A DNA stretch of 64,000 nucleotides, from assembly GCA_012295275.1 (NCBI GenBank), contig CM022666.1, forward strand, positions 2,976,001 to 3,040,000. Reading direction: 5' to 3'. How positions within the stretch are numbered: position 1 is the first letter of the stretch; each line of letters opens with the position of its first letter. Below, piece after piece: positions 15,414 to 28,882 of the stretch. The translations under genes were made by a program, and so were the position numbers. The notes under the pieces were generated by a model that was not told the DNA's origin, searched no databases, and saw nothing but the letters and a program-made list of their open reading frames with translations. This stretch comes from Chrysomallon squamiferum (taxonomy: Eukaryota; Animalia; Mollusca).

Positions 15414-16098
15414 TCACATCTATATATAATCTTAATAAAACTGCCACCCAACATACGTAACATCAATCTAAACTAAACAGACACACCAGATTAGCAAACA
15501 GAAATTCAAACTATTCCAAGACAAATTTCTTCATCCTTTGCAGCTAACAACCAATTAGACAAGTGTACTTTAGTGTCAGACTACATCAACAGATCAAGCA
15601 CACATTACACACTGGCTCCAGCATTTATAGCCACCTTTGGTCACAGATATAAAAAGAAAGAATACGTATCTGTAGAGCCAAGAATTAACATATCTTGTAA
15701 GTTTTATTGTGAGAATTGCAATAAGAAAGCAATCAAAAAGGATTCTGATTGTTGTAAGGCTATCAGATTCTTCCCGTTAGCCATTGACGATTCCAAATCT
15801 GGGCTTGCCGTACACAAAGACTCTCGGAAATGGGCAAATTAATTTCTTTTTGGAAACCCCAGTAGATGGCTCTTAATCGCGGCAGTCGAGACAGTTTTAA
15901 TAGATGTGTCACGATGCAGTAAAATTGTGGAACAATTCCGTCATTTGATCTGTGCATCCCCAGTGCTGGCAGATTCGATCAAAGAGAACTGGGTCTATTG
16001 ATGGAAAGTCTTGCAAGTCAATACGGGCTTATTAGACAAAGTCAGTCCATACCCACACCTCCATTCTCCCATGATAAACAGTACAATTGCTGTGATTG

Positions 16099-16129
<31 letters not shown>

Positions 16130-16134
<5 letters not shown>

Positions 16135-16680
16135 CATGTCATGATCTGTGACTTGTTTGCAACATCATCTGACCCATTTGTCAAACAGCCAGTGGCCTGC
16201 AACAGACATCTGTATGATTACAGAATGGTTTAAAAAAAATCAGTCACTGGGCCCATTTGTTAATAATACTTGTTGGTTGTCCGAAACATTCATCGGTTTT
16301 AATTGATGTGAATAAGTCATCTGACCCATTTGTCACTTCTAAATGATCTGAAAGAGTCATGTGCCCCATTTGTTGGTTCTAAATGATTTGAACCAGTCAT
16401 GTGACCCATTTGTCAATTCTAAATGATCTGAAATTGTCATGTGACCCATTTGGAAATTCACACTGGTTTATAATAGTCATCTGACACATAGGGTCAACTC
16501 TCCATTGGTTTACAACAGTCTTCTGACCCATTTGTTATATTTGATTGGACTCCAAGAGCAATTTGACCCATTTGATAAGTCTGATTGCTTTGCGAGGGTC
16601 ATCTGACCCATTTGTCATTTCTGATTGGTTTCCATGAGACATGTGATTCATTTGTCAATTCTGATTGGTTTACAAGTCAA
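16130..16680. repeat. 40-bp minisatellite with conserved core GTCAT(C/G)TGACCCATTTGT
   Basis: Core recurs at 16321, 16361, 16401, 16441, 16481, 16523, 16563, 16603 and 16643, with decayed copies at 16169 and 16247. Confidence 0.9.
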
Positions 16681-17317
16681 TATCATTGCAGTTGGTTGTG
16701 ATCTTTTGGCCTTTTCGAGCAACAAAACAAACTGGCGATGAATTCTTCAGCTCAAACAGACTTGTCAAGACACTGCTCTGTTTCAGCATGTGAAGAACAA
16801 CATAATAAGCATTTGCAGAAAAACTGTCTGAAAGAAAAATGACATTTGTGGTTTCTGAAACGTTAGCATTTTTGTTGAGTAACTTTCATCCACTTATATT
16901 TCCTTTTCTTTTTAATATTTTTTCCTTCACCAAGATCGCAGGTCAGACATTGTTTCTGAGTTTGAAGTTTTCAAACTAACCTTGGTGAAATCACTTGCTG
17001 TGACAGGTCAGTGAGAGAGATTTGTGTGACAACTGCTTGTATTTGTAAACCTTAGTCAAGTGTTGAAATGTGTGCACTGACCTTTGTAACAATGGTTTTC
17101 AGCTGTTCACCGCGAGGACATTTCAATTTATATGATGTCAGCATTTGACATCTGACATTATTTGTTAACAGTCTGTTTGGGTTTGTTATAATGTTTTTTT
17201 TATCTGTTCCCCATATATAATAAATTTAATTAAATCAGTTTTTTTTTGTCAGTAACCTTAAAATCAGTAACATAAATTTTCTAATAATCATTTGGAAAAA
17301 AAATTAATAATAAACTG

Positions 17318-17378
<61 letters not shown>

Positions 17379-17779
17379 TAATAAAAAAATAACAATAATA
17401 ATAAAAATACAAAACAGACAAATAAATAAATAAATAAATGAACAACAATAACAACAGCAACAAAAGCAACAACAATAGACAAAAAAAAACGCCAAACAAA
17501 AACAGCCTCGAACTATTTATGAGAATACCGATTTCAGGTTTAGCCAGAAGTCAAAATAGCTGCAGTAATAAAAACGGAGACTTTAATAATAGATGCAAAT
17601 TGGTGAAAATTCCATGTAAGTTATGTTCTGTAGCCTCGGGCTGTGATCCGGTATTTTCTTTTTCGTGTTTTGTGATTAAAAATAAGGTCATTATTGTCTT
17701 AAATAATGCATCAAAACGATCTATAACAACAGCCAGCTGATGTACCCTGTCTCCTGTCTTGCAGTGGACCACATACAAG

Positions 17780-18330
17780 CACTTTGATGTATTTTCAGAC
17801 CAATTTTTTCTTCTTTTTTTCTTTTTTTTTTTTCTTTTAAAATACGTAACATTTAACAAAATTGTGGCTAGCTGTGGTGTTGGGAATGACAAGCTATGTA
17901 TAGATGTTTGATGTATATGCAGATAATTTTCTTGGGAGGGGGTGTTTTTCAAAAAAAAACAAAAAAAACATTCAATATATTAAATTTGGACAAATAAATG
18001 GCTGGCTAGATATGGAATTAGTAACAACAGGCCATATATTTATATATATATATTTAGATATTTGATGTATTTGCAGAAATTATTATTTTTACTTTTATAT
18101 ATTTTTGAATATCATAAATTTAAACATGTTGTGTCTAGCTGTGGAATTAGTAATGACAGGCTGTATATATGGATGTTTGATGTATTTGTGGAAATTTTTA
18201 TTTTTATTTTTATTTTTTTTTATTTAAATATCTTAAATATAAACACATTGTGTAGTTAGTAATGACAGGCTGAATATAGATGTTTGATGTATTTACAGAC
18301 AGTTTTATTTTTTCAAGCATCTTAAATTCA
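17780..18330. repeat. Degenerate ~120-140-bp tandem repeat, 4-5 units
   Basis: Recurring ctagctgtggaattagtaatgacaggct...gatgtttgatgtattt(g/a)caga. Confidence 0.8.
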
Positions 18331-21119
18331 AAGGGATTGCAATTAGCTATAGACTGATTTTTAAAAAATTAAAAATTTGACCACATGCTGTCACCTGTTT
18401 ATTCAAAATTACCAACGAATGACTTCAAAATTATTTTCTAGAAGCTTCAAGAAGTTAAATATTTTTCTCTTTTTTTTTTTTTTTGTTTCTTTTTTTTTTT
18501 TTTCTCATTATTCCTTAAATACACATATAAACATAAACACACACACACACACACACACACACAATTAATGTTCATCAATACATTATATTATTATATGCTG
18601 TAAATAATTTAATTAACAATTTAACTTGTATCAAATAACTAAAATCAGCAACATTCATAATTACCAAAATAAAATTCATCCAAAATAAAACATTGATAAT
18701 GATAAACAAAAATATTAGCCTTCCTTTTTTTGAAAAACATTAATTAACATTATTAATTATATTAATCTTTGATCTAATATCAATAATTTTTCTTTTCACA
18801 ACTGTAATTTTTCTGAATATGTTGTTGTTGTTGTTGTTGTTGTTGTTTTAATTTCAGTACATTTCTGGAACTAACAACAAAAAAATAATAATTGTAGCAA
18901 AATCATTTAGCTAACATACCTCCATCAACTTCAATTTTTATTTCTTAATATTTTAATTCAATCATCTTTTAACAACAATTTTAATTACTCATTTCTCCAC
19001 CAAATTTAAACCCACAGAAATTTTCTTTATATTTTATTTAAAACAAAACTTCCATCAAAACATGTACAAAGTCCTACACTTGTGAGGCAGAAAAAAAATA
19101 AAAATAAAAATAAAAAATAAAACTGCCATATGTTTGACACACTGCAACAGTGTCAAACAAAAAAATAAAGGTCGCAAGGGTTTGCGACCTCTGCATTTAC
19201 ATTAAATATTGTCTGAATTTCCACGCAGATAAAGGAACAATGGCTTCGTTCACCTGCTTTTCCTGGTGCATGGTCACCCATTAAATGGGTTGCACGTGTA
19301 GACTGTGCTGCGAAGTTTGAAGTTTTTAATGAAGTTGTTATAAACAGGGCTGCTAGGTAATGTGTTATTATCACAGGTTACGATAGCGAAAAAAAAAGAA
19401 AAAAAAGAAAAGAGGTTAAAAGGAACCAGCAGGTTTAAACTGAAATAATCTGCAACAGGTTTTGTATTATGATTTGCAACATTTGTATTGTCTACAAATA
19501 CTTTTTTGATTTCAACATATATATATATATATACATATATTTGTGTGTGTGTAAACAAGAAATGAAATATGAGTATTTCAAGAAAGAAAAATATAAAAAC
19601 ATTTATAATATTAGTGCAAATGTTACTTTTTTTTTTACGTTAGATGTTTTTTCACAAAAGAAATATCACTTTTATTCACAAAACTGTCAGTGTAATACTT
19701 TACATATGAAACAATGGCAGAAAGATTTATTTTATTTAATAGTTTGTGCACTTCTTTACTTGCAAAAACCGTTCTTTTTTTTCTTCTTCTTTTTTTTTTT
19801 TAACATACTATAACTTTACAGGTTTTCATGTTTTCAAGAATTCTTTTACACAAACCACTGGAACCTTTTAAACAGAAACATTTCTTTTACACAAACTTAC
19901 TAACATTAGTACCTTTACAAATCTGACACACCCACACACACACACACACACACACATACACAAGCAAAAAAAAAAAGCCAGAGACAAATGCCAAACACGC
20001 ACACACAACATATAATTACACACAACAAAATTAAATAAATGAATCTGCAAATTCATCACTTTTTAATCGTTGGGACGCAAGCAGCAATAAAATTTACGTA
20101 ATGAAACGCAGATGCCAGAGAAATGTCGTAATGCTGTCACCCGCGAACTTTTAACTTCCAGCTTTAAACTGATTCTGACTCCGAGATACAACGAGAGATA
20201 CGTTATCAAGCTGAATTATCATCTCAGATTTTAAATAACAAGTTAAACCGAGTGAAAACAACAACAACAACAACAACAAAAAATTAGAGGTTTTTTGGTT
20301 CAACAGATTTATGAAGCAAGGGTCAGTGAATCTATCTTGATTCTTTGATATACAGACTCAATAAAAAGCAATGGGTTAATTATCTTCAGAGTACTGTTAA
20401 ATTACCGTAATACTGCAAAGGTGGGGTTTTTTTTCTTGTTTAATAGAAAATATATTAAAATATTAAAAATACTTAGGTTATCCTTTTTTGTATAATACAG
20501 TAATAATCTGTACTGTTGGGAGCTGGGTAGTTAAATCATTTTTCTTTTAACAGAATGTATTTAAAGGCCATCATTAAAGGTATCTATCTGTTTGATGATA
20601 ATTCATTTTTAAACACACACACGCATACACACTCATGTACACATATATATATATACACACACATACATACATACATATACATACGTATACATACACACAT
20701 ATACATACAGTTATATATACATATACATATAATGTACATATACATAAAAACCTCAAAATAAATCCATACTACTATACCCAACTAACCACACAAACACAGA
20801 CAAAATCAAACTCAACCACATACCTACACACATATAGGCCTATATGTACAACACCCAGATACATATCCACACACAGACACACACACACACACTCACTCAC
20901 ATAACATGAGGCTTACATTTTAAATATACATCCATTTTTCAGTGCATAGCATGACCTCATCTCTGTCTGTCTGGCTGCAGACTAACAACAAGATGATCTT
21001 AGTCTCCTAATCACATCCATTACACCTGTCTGAAGTGTGACCTGTCACACGGTGACACTTAATCTGACTGTTAGTTCATCACCAGTCTGTCACAGTAACC
21101 AGTGCTTTGTGCTGCTAAT

Positions 21120-21860
21120 GCGTTTTTACCCAATTCAGCCATTAAGTGTCTTCTGTTACTAGCCAATGTTATCATCTGGTCTTTTATTAGCCACTGTTAT
21201 TATTATTATCTGATCTGTTATCAGCCAATTTTACTATTACCTGATCCGTTTCAGCCAATTTTACTATTACCTGATCTGTTTTAGCCGATTTTACTGTAAC
21301 CTGATTCTGTTACTATGTTAGTTTTACTATTACCTGGTTCTGTTTTAGCTGACTTTACTATTACCTGATCTGTTTTATTCATTTTACTCCTACCTGATTC
21401 TCTTATTAGCCAATTTTACTGTAACCTGATTCTGTTACTATGTTAATTTTACTATCACCTGATTCTGTTTTAAGCAAATTTTACTATTACCTGATTCTGT
21501 TATCAGCCAATTTTACTATTAACTTATTCTGTACCAGCCAATTTTAATATTACCTGAATCTATTTATTACACAATTTTACCTATCAGCCTGTTGTCTAAT
21601 TCTGCAGTTAGCTCATTTAACTTTTATCTCATTCTATTCATCAGCCAATTTTATTATTACCTGATATTTTGTCATTAGCCAATTTTATTATTACCTGATT
21701 CTCTTATTAGCCAATTTGGCTGTAACCTGATTCTCTTACTAGCCAATTTTACCATTACCTGATTCTGGTATTAGACAATTTTATTATTACCTGTTTCTTT
21801 TATTAACCAATTTCACCTGTTTATTAGCCAGTTGACTCCATATCTGATTCTATTACTGGA
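21120..21860. repeat. ~30-33-bp minisatellite, about 20 units
   Basis: Unit approximately agccaattttactattacctgattctgtt(a/t)t. Confidence 0.92.
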
Positions 21861-22049
21861 TGATTCAACCATTAGCTAATTCAGATGTTCTCTGACTCAG
21901 TTGTTTTCTAAATAGCTCTGTTCACTATTCTACTTTCAGCCAATTACTATTTTATTTGACTGTTGCCTGATATGTATCTCCAATAGCGAAATAAATGTGA
22001 ACATAGATTCACCTACATGCACACAGGTACATAACACACAAACACACAT

Positions 22050-22102
<53 letters not shown>

Positions 22103-22979
22103 CACTGTCAGGGAACATTAAATAGACAACCACAAAAATTTAATACTTTTAAAAATACAAACCTAATGAAATTATGTAATATATTTTAAAGTTTGCATAA
22201 ATAAAATTCTCTATGTCAAAATACAAAAACAAAAAAAAAAATTAAAAATTAATTTAAAAAAAAAAAGCCAAATAATTACAACAACAACAAAAAGTTCAAC
22301 ATCAAACCAATCACCCTGACTTTTAAGATCTACTTAAAATCTAAGCCTTTGAAAAATCTTCATATATCTTTATCTTTTTGAAAAAAAAAAAAAAAAAAAA
22401 AACCTTAAAATACACCTGGAAAACAAATTAAGACAGAGAGAGAGATAAAAAAAAAAAAAATTATAAAAAAATTAAAAAAAAACACTGTACAAAGAACACA
22501 GTTAAAAAAAAAAAAACCACACACCGAAGTATAAAGATCACTTAGTCACTAACCATTAAAGCCAGAAAAATAATCAAAAGTTGTATTTTAACATCGTGAA
22601 GGTTTTTCACTTTGATGTCTTAATTCGGCTGCTATCAATTTGCTTGGAGCAGCCCACCAGGACACCCAAACGACTCTTACGCATGCGAGTCCCCGACTTA
22701 TTACTTTTCTCATTTCGTTTATTTCTTCTTCTCTCTGCCACAGTAATACCTCTTTAGCCATTAATGGGCAATTTGCAGTGGCCCACCACGCAAAACAATT
22801 AGCGTAGATTATTCATGATGGAGTTCGACAAAAATGGCAAAGCTTTGTGTGTGTGTGTGTGGAACCCTGGGACGAGAGAAAGAAGACTCGTTTGTTAAAT
22901 AGGTGAAATTACCTGTCCTCGAGATGAAAGAAGAAGGACATAAAAAATTTAAATTTTTAATAAGTTATTTTGGAAAAAG

Positions 22980-24300
22980 ATAATTTGACTCACCTGAGAA
23001 AATGGGAACAAAACATTTTTTATTACCTATCTGGGATACATAATGATATTTTGTTTATTAAATATTTTTTGAAAAAAAAAAATGAATTCAATTAAACTCT
23101 TATGTGAGGAAATGGGGATAATTTTTATTACCAATTTGGGATGGATGAAAACATAAAAAAATTATTAAATATTTATTTGAAAAAATTTTTTTTTTTTTTT
23201 TTTTTTAAATCAATTAACCCACCTGAGGAAGTATGAACAAATTTCATTATGTCTGGCAAATGTGATAAAATTTTGTTCAGTAAATATTTATTTAATTAAA
23301 AAAAAAAAAAAAAGAAGAAGAAAGAAATAAAACACTGAACTCACCAGATGAAATATAAACAAATTTGATATATTTTGATATGTCAAAAAAAAAAAAAAAA
23401 AAAAAAAGAAAAAAAAATATTTTCGTTTATAAAAAAATCAATTAATCCAACTTAGGATATGTGAATAAATTTTGTTACCCAATTTGTGCTATATTATTTT
23501 TAAAAATATGTTTTTAAATTATATTTATTAAATACTTATTTAAAAAAGAAAAAATCTGTTAATTCACCTGAGAACATATAAAGGAATTTTATTACCTATT
23601 TGGGATAGGTGAAAAAAGTTTGTTAATAAATATTTATTTAACAAAAATATATTAACTCACCAGATGTATACAAATTTTATTATCTATTTGGGAAAAGAAA
23701 AAAAATTAAAAAATTAAAAAATTAAAAAAAAGAAAAGAAAAAGAAAGTTTTACTAAATGATTATTTTTTTTAAAAAATCACTTAATTCACCTAAATAAAT
23801 AGGAACACATTTTATTACTTATTTCAGACAAATGAAATTTTTATTTTACTATTATTAATTTATTTTTAAAAAGTTAAATTAAGTCACCTGAGAAAAATGC
23901 AAAAAAAAAAAAAATGTTATTATCTGTTTTCCACATATATGAAAAAAAAGAAAACAAAAAGAAAAAAACTTTTCCTAAGGAAATAATGGAAAAGAATATG
24001 TTGTTTTATTATATATGCTTTTTGGTATGAAATGTTTATTTAAAAAATAAATAAATAAAAGCAAATAAACGAACCTAAGGAAGTGGAAACAAATTTTGTT
24101 TTCTATCAAGGGAAATATGATAATTTTATTTTTTGAGCAATAATTTATTCACATGAGAAAATGAAGGAATAGATTTTACTGTCTACCAAGGAAAGACAGA
24201 ATATTAAAAATTTCTTTAAAAAAAAATAAACAAGGGAAAAAAAAATTAACATTAGGAAATAAAAACATTTTATTACCTATTTGGGAAATGTCAGAAATTA
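22980..24300. repeat. Degenerate ~100-125-bp tandem array, about 11-12 units
   Basis: Recurring aa(c/t)tcacctgag..aa...aaattttattacctatttggga...ttattaaatattt. Confidence 0.75.
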
Positions 24301-24667
24301 TATTAATTTAAAAAAAAATTATAATAATAAATAAAATAAAGATTAAAAAAGAAGAAGAAAATTAAATTACTTGAGGATATATGTATATACAAGAGAATAT
24401 ATGTATTTTATGAATAATCATCTCTCCTAACAAAATGAAAATTAGATTCTGTCTGTAAGATTTAATATTCATCTGTAAAAAAGAAACCAGCTTAGATTTA
24501 ATTCAGTTGGGAAAATAAACAAATTTAATTATGTTTAATGTAAAATATAAAAAAATAAAAATAAAAAATAACTCACAAAAAATCAATAAGAATAAAATTT
24601 ATTTACAGAAGATGTTTTTTTTTTTTTTTTTTTTTAAATTGTTTTGTTGTTGTTGTTGTTTTTATTT

Positions 24668-24790
24668 AGGTATGACCAACCTGAAAATAAATATACAGAT
24701 ATGTACTGCCCTGTTTATAAAGTAAAAATAAAGGTATGACCAACCTGAAAATAAATATACAGATATGTACTGCCCTGTTTATAAGGTAAA
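24668..24790. repeat. Recent 64-bp tandem duplication
   Basis: aggtatgaccaacctgaaaataaatatacagatatgtactgccctgtttataa occurs twice, at 24668 and 24732. Confidence 0.9.
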
Positions 24791-25432
24791 AATAATGTTA
24801 AAAATCTGAAATTGTTTATTTTGAAAACATCTAAAAGTAAAACATAAATAATAAGGTTAGAAGTCTGGTAGTATAAATAACTATGGTTCAGTATGTTTTG
24901 AACATTTTGAAATTATTATTATTATTTATATTTTTTTTAATTATAATAAACAAATTATTATTATTAATTATAAATAATAATAATATTAATAGTAATAATA
25001 ATAACAATAATAATAATAATAATAAAACAATAGCAATAACAAAATTAAAACAATAAAAAATATATATAAAATTAACTATACAATACTAATATCAGATAAA
25101 AACACACAACCATTTAAATCAATAACCATGTAAGATTTAAGAGTTCAAGCAAATGAATGCTAAAATCACACAGTGCCATAATAATCAGGCTGACAAGTTA
25201 TTATGTAATATTATGGCCATTAAGTGACTCTCTAAGTACTTTGTCTCATGCTGATTTCAAGATAAAAAAAAGAAGTTATTTTTGTAAGTATTCAAAAAAA
25301 AGTGTATGTAAACTGAAGAAAGGCATTAAAAAGAACTAATTCAGTTTTTATATGACAAATATTTGTAACTTGGGAGTAGACTGGCTATTCATCAACAGAA
25401 AAAGCAAATGAAAAAACCAGACAGCAATTAGA

Positions 25433-25480
<48 letters not shown>

Positions 25481-27049
25481 CTCTACATAATGAGCAATAT
25501 AATATGTGTGTTTATTCAAAACTTTGTAACTGAAGCTGAAATATTCCTGAAAAATGTACTAGAATGTCATGTGTGTGTGTGTGTGTGTGTGTGTGCGTGC
25601 GTGCGTGTGTATATGAGTAGGTGTCTGTTTATTCAAAACAAAATATAGTTGAGGCAGACATTTAACCTGGACTGAAATATTCCTGTATATTCCAGTATAT
25701 ATAAGATGTATTAAATCAGAAGTTTAACTTACAAGAAAACACATGATAAAGCACACGCACATCTCTGAGAAATGAAATATTCTTCTAATATTTTGAAAAA
25801 AAAGATAAAAAAACACAAAAAAACACTCAAAAATAAAAACACCTGAGCAGGTAGTGAGTGACGCAGGGAAAAACAACAACATCAACTCAGGTGACAAAAG
25901 ATATTATTAATAATGGGAATGGATAGTTTTTGTCATGTCACCAGGTATGTGTCATTCAATCCATGCCATTATAGTTCAAAGACAACCATTAGGAGAGATT
26001 ACATTCCTCATCAAACATTAATCATATCAGATTATTAATATAAAACTCTTTAATAAAAATTAAAGTAATACCGGGATGTGTTATTTCTGTGATATTTATA
26101 ATTTTTTCATAATTCCGTTTCTGACATTACTTTTGTAAATGTTATTTAAAATTTTTTTTAGTAAAATATGGATAGAACTGAAAGAATGATATATAGGAAA
26201 TCAAAGAAATGAAAGTAAAGAATGAAAAAGATGGAAAGAAAAAGAAGAAACTGGATGCCCAAAGAAAAAATATGAAAAAGGAAAGAGTACAGAAATAAAA
26301 AAATGAAAAAAAAAGGTGAAATGATGGAAGAGAAACAGAAGAAAAGAAAGGAAAAATAAAAGAGAAGAATGAGTGAAGAAAAAATCAAATAATAAATTTT
26401 TGTTATGGAAAAGATAATTAAGAAAGAAAGAAAGAGAAAAACAGACAAAGGCAGACAATAAGGAAAATGAACTAGAAACTGATCCACTTCTAATATCAAT
26501 GTTTCAAACAAGAATAATTCTTAAATAATAATTAGTAACAAATATATACATCAATCTTTGGAATCTTTTATTTCATGTTTTAAAAGAAGACATTTGCAAA
26601 TTCAGCACATTTTGATGTCATATCAACCTTTTTTCAAAAATCAATAACAACAGAATGCAGAAACATAATTCATATTTTTTGCAATACATCTGATGTAAAT
26701 TATTATTTTAAATCTTTTTTTCTTTTTTTTTTTAATTTTTTAAAATGAATTTATTTATAAATGGACTTTGTGTCTACTTCAGAATCTTAGGAACCATTTG
26801 GCTTATTCTGGGTGAACCTGGTTTTGGGGAAAATTTGCTGGTTTACAATGGGGTTTGTTGTGTTCTTTAAATCTTTTAATGAATGGATCTACTGCTTTGA
26901 TTAAAAAAATAAAATAAATAACTGTGGCTGCAGAAAAAGTATCTAGAAAAGTATGAAAGTTAAATGTAAGTTAGTATATGTCATAGACACATCAGATTTA
27001 AATGAAGTTGCAGACAAAAGGATGATTAAAATGAAAGTTATTTTCTTAC

Positions 27050-27082
27050 CTTTGTCTATCAGTGGCAGCCTTATCACGTCAT
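27050..27082 (-). other. 33-nt internal exon of the minus-strand host gene
   Basis: Minus strand reads tttttataataatttcag|ATGACGTGATAAGGCTGCCACTGATAGACAAAG|gtaaga, with a strong acceptor and donor. Only the phase 1-1 frame is open ((x)DVIRLPLIDK). It could also be 5' UTR. Confidence 0.6.
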
Positions 27083-28851
27083 CTGAAATTATTATAAAAA
27101 CATAACTTTAAAAATCTTATAAAACATGTAAAATAACAATAATTATAATAACAACAATAACAACAACAACAATAAATTGATGCTTTTTATCAAACAGATT
27201 ATATTTAGAAACAAAACAAAAAGGACACCAAGATAATTTAAAATCATATTTATGTCAAACTGATTTTTCTAAATAAATGGAGATTTAAGTTTCATTTCTC
27301 TGATATACCATTATACACAAACATTAATTTTTATCTATTTCTTTGATAATTTGTGTCTATATATAATAAATATGCCAGTCTAAGCTGGTATATCAATGGA
27401 AATGGTATGTACTGTTCTGTCTGAATAGTAGGAGTAATTTTTTATTCTAAAATTGATACATAACTTGATGCACTGTTTACATGACTGCACAGCTGTATGT
27501 GTATGGCAACCTTAGGAAAGATTTGTTAATTAAAACTGTAGAATGAAAATGTCACAGAAATGAACCTAACTGAAAGAGCATTCTATTAAATAATAAAAAC
27601 AGATATAAATTATTAACAGATTTTCACATCATGAAAAAAATACGGTGAGTTAAAAAAAGGATTTAAACCGATATTTGAATCCAAATTTAAACGGATGTGT
27701 ATGTGTGCATAAGACAGTGCATGTATTTTTGTCTCAATGAGCGCATCTGTCAGTACATTTCTATACATTTCCATTTGTGAATACGTGTTTCAGTACAGAT
27801 GCACTAGCATGTTTTACAACAAATTTTAACCCACACCACAATTATCACAAGGTTTCAAAAACAGAAAAATAAATGAAAAATTAACTCTTTTTTTTTTTTT
27901 TTTCATTTCAGTCTAGAGACACAGACAAAATGTACACACACTTGATATGTATGTAAACACACCTGATATTTATAGAGTACAACCGGGGGGGGAGAATTGG
28001 AATGTGTGTGTGGGTGTGGTTATAGGTTTGAAAAGGGTAATCTATGTGGGTTATGGCACACACAAACTGATAACAGCTGTTTATATACCACGAACACACC
28101 AGTTGTAGACTATGTAATTAAATGCAGTGGCAGTATATTTTTATCATGAGGTTTATAAGAAACATACTGAAATAGAGCTGTATTTCTTTTTTGGATTTAA
28201 AAAAATATATATATGAGTACAGGTGTATGTCAAAATGCAAGAAATGTTTGAATAAGTATGAATGTTATTTATAAGTGGTTTATGTAAGGGGTTCAGTCAG
28301 AGCAAAAGTTTACAAAGACTGAGTGTAACTTTTTTTTTTTTTTTTCCCCGTTTGTTTTTTCATTTTTGGGGGGTTTTGATGGTTTGTTTTTTCTTGTATT
28401 TTTTCTTGTGGTTTTTTTTTTTTGTTGTTGTTGTTGTTGTTGTTGTTCATTGTGTTTTCTCCTAACATTCAAATTACCAAAAATTTCTAACTTACATTAA
28501 AATCAATTTTATTACTTTATAAATTAAGATAATCAGTGGCCTAAATAAATCATATTTTCATAATTATTCTGAAAACAAATTTTAAAAACAAATATTATTT
28601 AATGATAACTTTGAAAAAAAAAAAAACACACCCAAAAAAACAAAATACCAAACACCCCAAAACAACATTTTTTTTAATAAATATAAATAAACAAACACAA
28701 AAAAATCAGACATTCAGACAAAAATTCTTACCCAAGCCTTCATATGATCTAATTAAATTAAAAGTTTCATCAAATTTTCTAACTGGCTTTTTCATTAGCC
28801 TTTCTTTTTTTTTCCCTCCCTTTCTTATACAAAAAAAAAAAAAAAAAAGTA

Positions 28852-28882
<31 letters not shown>

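Noticed and set aside
16130-16680. CRISPR-like array (conserved repeat plus variable spacer)
   Set aside because: The spacers are homologous to each other, the repeats are degenerate, there are no cas genes and the context is eukaryotic. It is a minisatellite.
17900-18300. miR-190-like AGATGTTTGATGTATTT
   Set aside because: Part of a tandem repeat unit, with a mismatched seed and no precursor hairpin.
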